From assembly GCF_009914755.1 (NCBI RefSeq), contig NC_060938.1: a stretch of 64,000 nt of DNA. The stretch is one strand, 5' to 3'. This document shows positions 34,793 through 48,495 of this stretch, in pieces; the stretch's first letter is position 1, and each line of letters opens with the position of its first letter. This DNA is from the human T2T-CHM13v2.0 reference genome, Homo sapiens. Made by a program: the position numbers and the translations under genes. Under the pieces are notes generated by a model. It had not been told where the DNA came from and did no database searches. It was given only the letters and a program-made list of their open reading frames with translations.

Positions 34793-35159
34793 TAATATGG
34801 TTAGGCTTTGTGCCCCTACCCAAATCTCATCTTGAACTGCAATCCCCAGGTGTTGAGGGAGAGACCTGGTGGGTGGTGACTGGATCATAGGGATGGGTTC
34901 CCGCGTCCTGTTCCTGTGATAGTGAGGGAGTTCTCATGAGATCTGATGGTTTTATAAATGGCAGTTTCCACTGGACTTTTCACTCTCTCCCTCTCACCTG
35001 CCACCATGTAAGACGCGCCTGCTTCCCCTTCTGCCATGATTGTACGTTTCCTGAGGCCTCCCCAGCCATGCGGAACTGTGAGTCAATTAAACATCTTTCT
35101 TTATAAATTATCCAGTCTTGGGTAGTATCTTTATAGCAGTGTGAAAATGGACTAATACA
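34793..35159 (+). mobile_element. THE1 (THE1D-like) solo LTR
   Basis: taatatggttaggctttgtgcccctacccaaatctc...gaactgtgagtcaattaaa...ggactaataca. Confidence 0.93.
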
Positions 35160-35859
35160 GCAACTTACCCACTGGCTATTAGGGATGACCCTCATGGTAG
35201 AAGCAAAGTTTCTACATGTTCTATCTTTGGAAAGGCAGATTACCTGTAATCTGATTTACAGAAAGCTGCTATAACTTCATGGGATCAAAGACTAAATAGT
35301 GAAATTAGTTAAGTTAGTCTTAAGCCAGAAAAGTCTTAACTGCTGTGAAATGGTCTCAAAATGTTCATAGGATACAATACTTATTTTGTGAGGAACATCT
35401 TTTTTTTTTTTTTTTTAGTGTGCTCGTTTGAAAACTGATGCTGCAGGTGTTGAGGGCTAAATGATGAAGGTTGGAGAATGCTCAATAAAACAAACTTAAA
35501 ACATTTAATGTTCTAACTAGTATGTGGACATGTGTGATATGAACCATTTTCTGTACATGACAAGTATCTCATGAGACGTGGTGTGTTTAACAGGGCACAC
35601 TTTGGATAAAACCGTTATAGAGTATGAATGTCCAAGAGCCTTAGAACATTTTTCCTCTTATCTGTAGTTCAATAATTTTGACTCTTTGGAGTTGAAAATT
35701 CTATGCTTCTTTCTTATCTATAGTTTAAATAGCTAACCATGTAGTCTTTTGACTCGTATACTCTGACTGTAAATACTTGCCATTTTTTTCTGGCTGCCTT
35801 GCCTCTGAATTGCCTTATTGATTCTAGGGAATCTCCTGTTTTGTGGTTGTGAATGGGCC

Positions 35860-36200
35860 AGAGGGTGGGGTGGGGGCAGGAAACCTCTCTTTGTCCCATA
35901 GCAACAAGGTTTGGGCATATGACAGTAGCTTAGCAAAATAAATGCTTCTGTCTGGGAGAGGTTAATTTTGAGTATGTGACAAAAAGAGGAAGGGCAGGTG
36001 ATGCAGGTTGGGGAAGCATCCAACAGTGGTGGTCCTGGAAACAAGCAGAAGTCACCATGTTTTGTCTGATCTCTGTCTCCTGTTTGTTTCTAAGCTGAAC
36101 CATCCTGAATCTTATAACAATATCTTTTCAGTAAGTCCCCTTTTAAAATTGAGACAGCAGAGTTTGTTTCTTTGGGATACAAGCAAAGACTAACTAGTTG
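35860..36200 (+). mobile_element. Possible old ERVL LTR remnant
   Basis: 3' end cagtaagtccccttttaaaattgagacagcagagtttgtttctttgggatacaagcaaagactaacta is similar to ERVL LTR ends. Confidence 0.3.
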
Positions 36201-37046
36201 AGGACTCTAACTAACTATAGGTACCTGATATCTCTGCTCCAGACAAATATAGTAGAAGAAAACAGTACTGTTTTCTTTAATGCTCCATGTTGTTTAAGGA
36301 GAATGAGTCTATTTGAGTTCTCTTAGCAGGAATGCATATGAGGAGGGTGTTAATGGAGGCTTGCTGCTTTTTCAGTTTTTCCCTGTGAGTCTTAAACCTC
36401 TACTAGAAAAGGCCTAACTCTCATGGAATCCTCCAACTCTCAATTTAGTAAAGAATTTACAATTAGAAAAAAATATTTAGACTACATACCATGTACAGAT
36501 ACGTACATGCTTACGGTTGGTTCGTGTTCAGAATAGAGGCCACAAAGCTGAGTGGCCTTTGCCATAAGGCCTGGATTCTAGGCTTGTCTCTTCATTATTT
36601 TAATCAAATTACTTCTAGGTAAGAAAGGAGGATCTGATAATGAGTTCATTGTTTCAAAAATGTTAGAATTTTTACAGCCAAACAAAACCGTTCAGTGGTA
36701 CTATATAGTTAATCCTGGATAAACTAAAGCTCAGCTTCTTGAAAATGAAATTAAATGTGTAAATTAAATTAAAAGTTAAAGGTGGTACATAGCTTCATTC
36801 CCAAAAGAAGAGATAGACCAGGCGATTGTTTTCTGGTGTGAATGCTGCTGAAACCTAGTGTTCTGCGATAATATCTCAGGGGCAGCTGGAAGGTGAGGGT
36901 GGGAGGTTGGATTTGGGGCAGAGGTTCAGGTCCATTCCACAACTTCAACTAAGGCAGCTTTTCTTATTTCATGCAAGCTGGTTCATGACCTACATGTGGT
37001 TTTTAAAATTCTAGATAAGAGTTAATAGACACTAATGCCTTAGTTA

Positions 37047-37082
37047 TAACAAACAAACAAACAAACAAACAAACAAAAAAAC
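37047..37082 (+). repeat. (AAAC)n microsatellite
   Basis: Read directly from the sequence. Confidence 0.95.
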
Positions 37083-37628
37083 ACAAACCTAAACACTGAA
37101 ATGTTTCAATATTTTTACGTATAGTGTTTTACTTTTAATTTTTAATGTTCTCTACCTCTATCCAAAACCTCATTTTAAAAAGGGAATTGTTGAGAAATTA
37201 AGTATAGAACAGGAAATAGAATTATGGTTATATTTATACAGTATCGTTGCTCTTCAAATGTGACACAATCTCGTAGTTAATGCTTTTTGTGATGATTTGA
37301 TTTTCAAGGAAAAAAATGACAAAATTCTAGGCTTCATCAGCTCCTCACCACACCCAGAGGCTTTACACTGAGTCCAGGATTGACAGGGGCAGCTACTTTG
37401 TGATTTGTGTCCTCTATATGAGCTGTACATTGAGCCAAGAAAAACAATCACTAGATTTTTTTTAAGACAGTAGCTTTATTCACTTATCAACTAACCTACT
37501 GATGCTGTTATTGTCATCAATTCAGGTGAAGGGATATTTTCTGCAGCAGTTCCCAGTGACCATGCTGCTTGGAGTTAAGGGAGATGGAGAGGAGAAAGTA
37601 GACTTTCCAGGATGTGCGCAAGTCCTGA

Positions 37629-37969
<341 letters not shown>

Positions 37970-37974
37970 AAATG

Positions 37975-38510
37975 TTTAAATTTATATAGATACACAATAG
38001 TTGTACATACTTATGGAGGACATGTAATTTGATACATGCATATAATATATAATGATCAAATCTGGTTAATTAGCATATCCATTGCCTCAAACATTTATCA
38101 TTTCTTTGTGTTGGAAACATTCCAAATCTTCTAGCTAATTTGAAATATATTAATACATTAAATTACTGTGAATTACAGTTGTTCTAGTGTGCTGTGAAAC
38201 ACTAGAAATTATTCTATTTGACTGTATATTTTATTCACTAACCAAGCTCTCTTTATACCCCCACTCTGCCTATCTTTCAAAGCCTCTTTGGTCACCATCA
38301 CTGTTCTCTATCTCTATGAGATCAATTTTTTTTTTAGTTCTCATATATGATAAATTATGTATGATATTTGTCTTTCTGTGCCTGGCTGATTTCACTCAGC
38401 ATAATATCCTCCAGTTTGAGCCGTGTTGCTGCAAATGATAAGATTTCATTCTTTATTATGGTGGAATAATATTCCATTGTGTATATGTACCACATTTTCT
38501 TTATCTGTTC
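37975..38510 (-). mobile_element. L1MA (MA4-6-like) 3' end
   Basis: atacacaatagttgtacat...taatgatcaaatctgg...ctcaaacatttatcatttctttgtgttgg. Confidence 0.88.
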
Positions 38511-38519
38511 TTCTTTATG

Positions 38520-39000
38520 AGATCAGACTGCTAACTCCACCAGGGCAGTGATTGTATTTGTTTTGTTCATTCTTGTGAGTCTGTAACCTAGAACAGGGTG
38601 TGGCACAGAGTACACTAGACACTTAATTAGAATTAGATCAATGGACTTCCTCATCCGAAAGGTGTTTTCCTTTCTCTTCTACCTGAACTTTAACTGACTT
38701 TAAGGCCGAGTTTTAATTCTTCTTCTGTGAGGCTTTCCTTATTCCATATAGATATGTGCCCCCAATGAATTCATCTTTCTCTCAACTCAGCTGTGGAAAA
38801 TCCTCAAGAAATATTTTAGGCAGCTCTTGTAATTTTGGTTCACTCACTATTCAATTATTGTCTTTATATTAAACTTTTCAGGTTGTGTGATTTATCTCAA
38901 TACCAGATTGCACATTTTGTGGGCAGATACTATTTTACCTTCTCAGGTCACAATTCTTTGGCAAATGGAAACTCCACAAAATACTTGTTGGTGATGTTTT
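38520..39000 (+). mobile_element. L2 3' fragments
   Basis: gactgctaactccaccagggcag...cctagaacagggtgtggcacagagt; second tail caaaatacttgttg. Confidence 0.55.
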
Positions 39001-41573
39001 CACCCACCTGTAAAATTGTTTTCCAAATAGTCACAGTCTAGCGGCACTTAGAGCAAACATAGGCTTAGTTTTATTTTTAGTTGCTCAGTTTTGCGTCTTG
39101 AAAAATTTCCATAAAAATCACCAAATTGTGTTTGATGAATAAGTATTTTTAGTTAAATGTTTTGAGTTAACATATTGTGATTTCAGGATTGTCTTTATTA
39201 GACTCTCTCTCACCTAATGAAGATTAAAACTAGACTGGAATCATAGCGTGTGCACAAGTCTGCAATGAGGTAATTCTCCAATTAGCAGCAACAGTAAGAA
39301 AACAACAAACTGAATCATCTTTGCCAAGTCTGAAGAGATTACAGATTCCCATGTGGACAAAGAAAATACTAAATATAGATGTGCCTATTCCCATTGAGCT
39401 GCTGCATCAGAAAGCAAAAAGAAAATGGAGGAGACAGAAGGAAACGGGGATGGGGGCAGGAGCTACCAAACCAAGAAACTTCTGTGGAGGATCTTGTCCT
39501 CCATGGTCACAAACTTCCTTGACTAAATTTTGTCTTCCTTCTCAAACATTTCCCAAGCAGCATACTGTAGGCTATTTTGGGGAAATATTTTCACAAAATA
39601 TCTAAACCTTATGTTTGCTGACAGGCTACAAAGTCTAGTTTCTAAGTAAGAAATTTTCATCTCACACTAGAACTTTCCAGTCCAACTGGCACTTCTGCTT
39701 CCCCATGATCCTGAAGAACAGACGGAATTGGGAACCTAATTTTGACTGAGCTTAAATCCAGCCTTAGGTATAATTTTAAAAATCTCCTATCAACATTCCA
39801 CTGGTTTCTGATGTTTTCATTTGACTGGACTGGCTTCTCTCAGGAAAAACTGAAAAAGAAAATCACAAAGGTGAGAGTCTGCTTTTAATGGATAGCAATA
39901 TATAAGTAAATATAAGTAAAAATCATGCAGCATCACCAAATGAATTTTCAGTCATGTATTAAAACTGATCATGAATATAAAAGTGTGTGAGGGTACTATA
40001 AAACACTACACACATGGTGATAACGTTACTGCTGGCATTAGCAAGCTTCCTGAGAACATACAGCTAAATGCATGTTGACTGTCTTGCTTTGATAAATATG
40101 CTGCCTTTTGCTTTCTGCTTAACCCTAGGGCTGGCAGATCTCTTTCTTTACCAAGAAATGTGGGCTAGTCAGATCTCACAAGTAAAATTCAATAGTTTCT
40201 CCACTGTATAAAAGGAAAGCTTAGTTAGAAGAGATGAAATGCATTTTATGGCCCCTTCTGCTCTCAGAGTACCAAAGCCTGGATTATGATTCTTTGCTAC
40301 TAGTTGATACTGAGACGTTAGAAGCCAAAAAAGAGGAAATATTTTCCTCCTAAATGCTGGAACTCAGTGGGGGTTTTCTCCAGGTCCAGTGATTGACTTG
40401 ACTGTTCATTTGTATGTTCCTCTTGTCCCTGGTGGTACAAAAATACAAACCACCTGACAATTTTATCTGCATCTAAGTCTAGCCGGCTTAGAGAAGTTGA
40501 CTGGTGAACTTTATGAGGCTAATACCTATATGCTATTCTTTCATAAATACAGATACTATCTTGGAGACTTAAGCTTTGTGGTAAAACTATAGATTTTTCA
40601 GACCTGGAAGCAATCTGAGTGGACCTTCAGTACAATAATTTCATTTGGTAGCTAATTAACAGCTTATGTTAATATAACAAATGTAATTCAATTTTCATTT
40701 ACAGTATTTAATTTGAGGTAGACTGAGAAGACATGATTCTTCTTTTATACAGGGAAAGCATATTTAGCTTTCTTGACCTAAAGTAAATTTATAAGACTGA
40801 AGAGTAGAGTCAGAACCAACTTTGGAACTGAAGTCCCTTGCCTTGCAGGCCAATTATCTTCCTATACATAGTTTACCCATGTTGCACCCCCAGAAAACAC
40901 TTCTCTGGCCTTCATCTCAAAACTGGATTACAATCAATCCACCTAGTTATCCACAGGCTCTTTGTAGAATTCTCCAACTTCTGCAAGCTTAATATCCCAA
41001 GCTCCAGAGAAAAATATCATAAATTTTAAACTGAAGTATGAGCTTTCCTATAAGCCCTTTTTTGATCTCTAGAAAAAGATTGGCAATTTTCTGTTATATG
41101 TTTCAGCCCAGAAGAAAATCCACCTCCTCAGATGCATCTTTGAAGCCTTCCGTTTAGTAGTTCATAAGGATTTCTATATTTCGTCATCAAATGTGTGACC
41201 TGAGTAATATCAGTTCTATGCTTTCACTTTATTATCTCAGGTAATTCTATTTAGAATATTTGCTAACTTATTACTACAATAGATGTGCTTAGATGATCAG
41301 TAAATATATGTACTACTCAGTGTCCCAAACAGTATTAAATAAGCACACGTAGAATTAGAATAAATTCAGTTACCTCAGAGGTATCCTATCTTTTAAAGTT
41401 TTTGATGGCAGGATGTATTTCTAGTTTTTAAAAATCTCTTATAGTATTTGAAAAGTGTCTTGTACCTAGTGGGTGATGCGTGAACCCTTACCTGTAGAGT
41501 TAGTATGGATTTAATGTGATTTTGCAGCAATGTGACACATCAGGACTCAGTTCTTCCCTACAACTGCTTATTC

Positions 41574-41800
41574 CAGGGGTTCTCAGTCAGAAACAATTTT
41601 GTCCCTCAGGGGACATTTGGCGATAGCTGGAGATATTTTTGGTTGACACACCTTGAAGGGTGTGTGATGGTAAGGGTAGGGTTGCTACTAGCCTCTATTA
41701 GTTAGAGGCTGAGGATGCTGTAAATATCCTACAATGCACAGGACAGCCCCTGACAACATAGTGTTATTTGGCTTGAAATGTCAATAGTGACCAGACTAAA
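41574..41800. mobile_element. MER20 hAT-Charlie MITE
   Basis: caggggttctca...caggggacatttggc...gaggatgctgtaaatatcctacaatgcacaggacagcccc...aaatgtcaatagtg. Confidence 0.9.
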
Positions 41801-42416
41801 AACAAGGCTTATGCAAATCTCTCACTAAAACCCTTATAAGTTTATATTTAACATAATAGGATATTTGAAGTCTATTTTCAATGTTTGTTTCTTATTGGTA
41901 GTGAATTTTGTGGGAAATCTGGAAGTCAACACAGCCACCAAAGCCATATATATGTATGCAATCTTGGATCATCACCACTTTTTAATTGTGATTTTATGTG
42001 TTACCATGACATATGGAAGGGTAGAAGGCAGGTCTGAAATGACTTCATGACTTCATGGGAAGATCAGTCATTTAAGTATCACTGTGAGAATTTGGACTGT
42101 TTACCTGCGTGATTATACTATGAAAACTTGAAAGAGACAGATTAAACATATTGGATAGTTAAGTATTATTTCACATTGGAATTTTAGATCACCCACATAA
42201 TTTGGATTGGGAATATACAAACCTGAATAAATAGAAGGAATTAACATTAGGATTTCAAAAGCTAATAGTAATATTTATGTAACAATAATGTAACTGATAC
42301 CTGGTTTTGTATCCCAATTTATGTCTACAGAATACAAAAGTTCTTTGCAATGGGCCAGTTTGAATGAGGGACTTAAGAGGAAGACAGAGTGAGATGCGCA
42401 AAGTTGGTCTGTGTAT

Positions 42417-42540
42417 AGGGTCACTATATAATTTGTTGTCTATATCAGGGCACCTTTGAATATGGGACACTATTAATAAGCTAGGACAACATGCATAAAT
42501 AAGGACTATTTGGGGGCAAATCAAGCCCGATCAGTTGTTT
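42417..42540. mobile_element. MER94-like hAT-Blackjack MITE
   Basis: agggtcactatataatttgttgtc...gggacactattaataa...ggacaacatgcataaa. Confidence 0.6.
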
Positions 42541-42887
42541 ACAAGAGCAGAATTATTAAAAACACATGGAATTCTGGATACATTTTGTTTAAAATTTTGT
42601 TGTTTGCATATTTTATTTAAAAACACATAACCCTTGCTTTAGATGTTACTAGGTTTAAAGTGGTACCATAGTGAAAAAAGTTTGAGAAAATGCTAGGTTA
42701 AATCAAGTATCTAAGATTTTTTTTTCTTACAGGCCTTGGAGAGTGTTGAATATGTTAATATACATGGGCAATTCTCTAAGAGAAAATAAATATTAAGCAT
42801 TTTCCAAATGTATTTGACCATAAGAACATTTCTGCGGTTCATGAGTTTTTTCGAGGGGAGAAGTCATACCTTCACCCTCTCTAGAAC

Positions 42888-42944
42888 ATAAATGATGCTG
42901 ATTAAAAGGTGATAAATGATGCTGATTAAAAGATGATAAATGAT
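42888..42944 (+). repeat. 24-bp tandem repeat, 2.4 copies
   Basis: ataaatgatgctgattaaaag(g/a)tg x2 plus ataaatgat. Confidence 0.95.
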
Positions 42945-44249
42945 TAAGTACAAGGAAAGGGAAAGTCATAAATGTACTGAAGTCTCAATGAATCAGGATG
43001 AAAGGAGACATATAGACAAATAAGCAAAGTAGGAAGTTGATGCCCTTTGAAGGTTTCACTCAAGTATGAGCAAATACTGATAAATTCCATCTTAGACATG
43101 CTGGACTGTGTGTCAGAACGTATGTTTTGCCCTTTCCTGCCTCTCTTGTAACTTCCATTCTCTTCCTTTTGGATGCCCCAGTCTCATCTGACCTCCTTTG
43201 CCAGTGTCTAATCCCTGAAAACTTTGGCTTGCAGAAGTTATCACCTAAGTAAGATATGAGGGAGGAATGACTTATTTTTAGTACCCCAGGGTATTATCAG
43301 AAATGGAATAGAACCTGTTACCCATTTCCACCCTTTCAGACTCCTCTCATTTAATCCGTTGCCTTTCAAGTCCAAATTTGGAATAATCAGTAAAAAAGGT
43401 CAAAGCCCCAATAAACCCACGGTTGCAGTGAGGATGAATTTATATTATGATTCATGTCATTTATGAGAAGAGAGGAAAAATCCTTTCCTTCAGAATTCTT
43501 TACATATTCATTTAACAAATGTTTATTGAGAGCAAGTTGTATACCAAATACTGTATAAAGCTAGGGGAGGGGATCAAACAGGGACACAATCAAGACACAG
43601 TCATTGCCCACATATCTGGACATCTGAAAGCTTGCCTCAAAAACTGGGATAAGTCTTGTCACTGGGAAGGCTTTACCTCTTCATTTTATTCAAACGCTTG
43701 CACTAACCACCAGAAGTCTTATAAATTCTCCTGCGAATATTACAGGATGATATATTCTCCGTTTCATGGACTTTCCTTTCAGGCCAAGTTTTAAAATAAT
43801 TTAACATTTATTTAGCACCACTGGCCTGGGGGTGGTACAGAAAATGGAAAATAATCACGCTTTCTGTCTTGTAGGCTTGCAATCCATTAAATATTATCTC
43901 CTCTCTTTCTAGCTGAAAGTTTAATGGCTTGAGGCCAAATATAACAAGGTCATTTTTTAAAAAAGTATTAATCAAAATATGTAACTTTAAAATTACCTAC
44001 TCTTTCTCGGGACATTAATCTTATATATGTATTTATTGCTGTGGGCTAGCAATACATTGTTGGAGGATTTCTCTAAGATACAAATTTCAAGGAAAATTTG
44101 CACACAAATTCAGTAATCTCTGTATAACCCACTTCTCCGTTTTCTGGAATCTGATTATTTTACGAAAAGGAATTTCTTTTCACTGACAGAAACCAATAAG
44201 GCCAATGTGTTGGGATTTGTATTCTATCTCTGATACCTCAAGAGAAATT

Positions 44250-44884
44250 TTTTAAATTTCTATGGATACACAATAGTTGTACATATTTGTAAGGTACATG
44301 TGATATTTTGATACAAGCATGCAATGTAATAATCAAATCTGGGTAATTGGAATATATATAACTTCAAACATTTATTATTTCTTTGTGTTGGGAGCATTCC
44401 AGATCTTGTCTTCTGGCTATTTTGAAATATATGTTATATTATTGACAACTTTAGTCACCCTATTGTGCTATTGGGAACTAGAACTTACTTTCTATCTGTG
44501 TATTTGTCCCCATCAACCAACCTCTCTTTATTCCCTCCTCCCCACTACCATTCTCAGCCTCTGGTAATCACTATTCTATTCACTATCTCCACGAGATCAA
44601 TTTTTTTTTCCCGCTACAATGTATAAGTGAGAATGTGCAAGATATGTCTTTCTGTGCCTGACTGATTTTACTTAATATAATGTCCTCCAGTTCCATCCAT
44701 GTTGCTGCAAATGACAGGATCTCATTTTTTTTGTGTGTGTGTGGTAGGATAGTATTCCACTATGTATATTTACCATACTTTCTTCATTCATCTGTTAATA
44801 GACACTTAGGTTGATTCCATATCTTGCCTACTGTGAATAGTGCTGTAATGAATAAGGGAGTACAGATATCTCTTTGACATACCA
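44250..44884 (-). mobile_element. L1MA (MA4/5-like) 3' end
   Basis: atacacaatagttgtacatatttg...ttcaaacatttattatttctttgtgttgggagcattcc...cagatatctctttgacatac. Confidence 0.9.
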
Positions 44885-45274
44885 ATTAAGGGTGAGGACA
44901 AATTCCCGCAAAGTCAGGTCTGTGACAATTCACACTCTGAAAACACTCCTTACTCCAGAAGAACTGGCTTGTTAAATGAGGGCTGACTGACTTCTGCGGG
45001 AGTTACATCATTCCATCTCCTTTCCTGTGTCCTTCCTAAGTCTCCATCCTTCCTCACCCATCCTTCTGCTTCTTGAGCTTGACAGCTCCTTCAGTGTCTG
45101 TGTCTGAGACATTTCTTTTTGACACATTCAGCTGTCAGAAAAATCAGTGTCCCCATCTACAGGAAGTGGAGAGAAGGAAGTTGTACAATACTATTTTTCA
45201 TTTTCTTGGATGACATTTCATATCTCTTTTTACTTCAGTTTCTTGGATCCCGGGCATTTGTACAGTGTTTTGCA

Positions 45275-45460
45275 GATTTTAAAACAATGTTACCATTCAT
45301 TATTCTATTTATTCTTCCCAATGAACCAGCTACGTAGGTAGAAAAAGCTTTCTTTATCGCCATTTAGCAAATGAAAGACCTGATGCTTACAGCATTTATG
45401 AGTCATTAAAAGTTACACGTTACAAAATAGAGCTGGGACAGGAGCTTGGGCCTTTTGTCA
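45275..45460 (-). mobile_element. MIR
   Basis: ttatcgccatttagcaaatgaaagacctga...gttacac...agagctggga. Confidence 0.55.
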
Positions 45461-47505
45461 TATCAAGGCAATGCTCATGATTATTAATTATAAAAATTCA
45501 GTATGGTTTGTGGTTTAAAAAAATTTACTCAATTCCCTAATTCCTTATATCACAGGGTAGCAACTGGGTGTGGTTTGGTATATACCCTTCCAGAGATTTT
45601 TATGAGGATACTTGTAAGTGCTTCACACATACTCATAGTTTAAAACATTTAAAATGGCACTATGTTATGAATATTATTTTGTTCCATACTGTTTCCATTT
45701 AATAATAAATCCCTGATATTTCTCTGTCAGACTGTACAGAGGGCAGCCATTCTTTTTAACCACTACACAATATTTTGTACATGAATATAACATTATTTAA
45801 CCAGTCCCCTATTAAGGGACATTAATACCTTTTCAAATGCTGCTGTTAAAAGCAAGACTAGAATTTCCAGCCTTCCGTTACATGTTGGGGAAAAGAGCGA
45901 CTATTCATATAGAGTGGGTTTCAAAAGCAAATATATACATATTCAAAATTTTAATAGATTTTTCTGAATTGACCTCACAAAAGGCTTCAAAAATTTACAG
46001 TACCGCTGAAGGCATGGAGTCCTAATTTCTACATACCCCGGTTAACATTAAATAGGATCAATTTCTGCTTTTATGTTTGCTACTTTCTACTTCAAATTTA
46101 TTTAATTCATGTTCTATGTTCTTTAGTTGAATATTTAGTTAATTTATTTCTGATCTTCTTATTCTCTAGTAAGTACATTTAGGCATATGCAATTTCCTCG
46201 GAACACCAATTAAAGTACACCCTATAGATTTTTGCCTGTAGGTTGAGGTATAATCACAAATTTTTCTGTAGCCTCTAATTCCTATATTGATTGCCTTTAA
46301 AACACTTGATATAGAAAGTTTCAGCTTTTAATTGTATAGATTTTTGTGTTCAATTATGTTATTCTTCTTTGCAATGAGAAAATATGGCTTCTAGTTTTTA
46401 GAATTTATTCTTTCTTGACTAACTCGTAGTCAATTTCAGTAAATGTTAAAAGCATTTTAAGAATCAATGTGTAATCTCAATTTTGTAGACAAAAAAAAAA
46501 ATTTGTTAGTAGTAGCGATTAAGGTTCATTCAAGTCTTCCACTGTGCTGGGGACTTGTCATTTCTGTGTTTCCAACAGATTTTGCTTTGTATTTGTGTCA
46601 ACGCTGTGCTGTTAGATGCATGATATTTAATGACACATTTCTTGGGAAATAACTCTTTCTTCTGCTTTAAGGATTGTTTACCTCAAATAGACTACACATG
46701 CTTTTGATATTGCCACTCGTTTGTTTTTTGTTACTCTTTGACAGGTATGTGATCTGCCTATCACCTTTTTTCACCCACACGAAGATTTTGTTTTATATTA
46801 TTTGAGTGTGACTTTTGTAAATGACATATAACTAATTTTTAAAACTCAATCCAAGAATCACTGCTTTTGAATGATAGTGTCATTTACCGTAATCATCTGT
46901 AATAACTTACGTAATTGATATTATTTCTGACATCTATTTCTATTTTTAATGTTTCCTAGCATTTTCTTTAGCTGTAGTAATAGGTTTTTTTTCTATTTTT
47001 TGCCCTTCAGATGTTTATATGGCATATTTTCATTTTTTCTTTGTGTTTACCAATTCATTTTTAACAAGCATTACAAAATATTATTTTATAAACATAGATA
47101 ATTGATGAAGTTATTTGATCTCTTCTGAAGAGGATAAAATTCTTAGCACCTGTATATTTTTCCTTTCCACACCCTGTGTATTCTGTTTCCTTGAAGACAC
47201 CAAAATTTAGATTGTTTTTATTGTTCTTTTTTATTATGGTTCTAATTTCTTAGAAATAATTTCTTAACGATTGCCTTAAATTTCACAACTGTATTTTCAG
47301 CAGCTATTTAGAATTATCTACATTTTCTATTGTTCAAAAATTCATTGTTATGTCTAGTTTTTCAGTTCTCTCTCTCTCTTTTTTTTTTTTTTTTTTTGCT
47401 TGTTTGGTTGAAACCCATCCTCATAATTCTTTCAGAAAGATTTGTTCGTGGCTACAGTTTTGAGCTCGTTTCAAAAATGTTTTTATTTTGCTCTCACGCT
47501 TGAAT

Positions 47506-48051
47506 GCCTGTTGCTCCACAACAAATGACCACTACACTCAGTGGCTTAAAACAACAAATTTTTTAAATAGTTTCTGTGGGTCAGAAATCGGAGTAACATT
47601 TTTCTGGTTGTCTCTGGCTCAAAGTCATCAAAGTTGCAGAGAAACTGGCATCTAGGCCTGTGGTCAATCTGAAGACATCACCAAGAACTAGATCAAATTC
47701 CCGGTTCACTTAAGTGATTGTTGATAGGATTCAGTTCCATGCAGGCTATTGGCTGGAGGTCTCCCTCCTTTTTATGCCACGTAGGCTTTTCCATAGGGCA
47801 TCTCACAACATGGAAGCTGGCTTCCTGCAGAGGTAGGGAGCAGGAGAGGAAAAGAGACTTCTCTCCAGACAGAAGACAAAGTCTTTTAATTACTGAATCT
47901 CAAAAGTGACATCCCATTGCTTCTTCTGTATTCTATTTGTTTAAAGTAATTCACTAAACCCAACTCACACTCAGAGATTGCGGGGAATCACAGAAGGGTA
48001 TGAATACCAGAAAGTGGAGATAATTTAGGCCATTTTAGAGACTGCCTACTA
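47506..48051 (-). mobile_element. MLT1F-like MaLR LTR
   Basis: cagtggcttaaaacaaca...tctgtgggtcagaaatc...gaataccagaaagtgg...gccattttagagactgcctacta. Confidence 0.8.
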
Positions 48052-48115
48052 TTTTAGGTTCAACATTATTTTTCCTTGGTACTTTGAAGACATAAGCTCA
48101 CTGTCTTGTAGTATC

Positions 48116-48120
<5 letters not shown>

Positions 48121-48168
<48 letters not shown>
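48121..48168 (+). repeat. (TG)24 microsatellite
   Basis: Uninterrupted tract, read directly. Confidence 0.98.
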
Positions 48169-48170
<2 letters not shown>

Positions 48171-48495
48171 CGCAAATTGTAAGACTTCTATCTGATTTTT
48201 ATTCCTTTACAGGTAACCTATTCTCCTCTAGATAAGCTTAGTACCTTCTTTTTATATTTAGAATTCTGAAATTCCACTGAGATATTTCTAGCTGTCATAT
48301 TTTCTCATTATTTATAATCTTTTAATATTCCCTTTAAATATTAAGCTGCAAGTTTTTGTATAGCTTAAATATATTTTATTATGTTATTTCTTCTCCCTGA
48401 TTTCCCTGTGCTTGGCTTCTGGAAATCTTGAAATGGATATTAGAACTTCTATATTTATCTTTTATTATATTTTTTATCTGTTCTTCCAGATTTTT

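Larger units (their letters stand above)
45520..48483 (-). mobile_element. Mosaic of ancient L1ME/HAL1-like fragments, resuming at ~50650-50780
   Basis: atttaaccagtcccctattaagggacatt; aaaatgtttttattttgctctcacgcttgaatg joined across the MLT1 to ttttaggttcaacattatttttccttggtactttgaaga. Confidence 0.55.
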
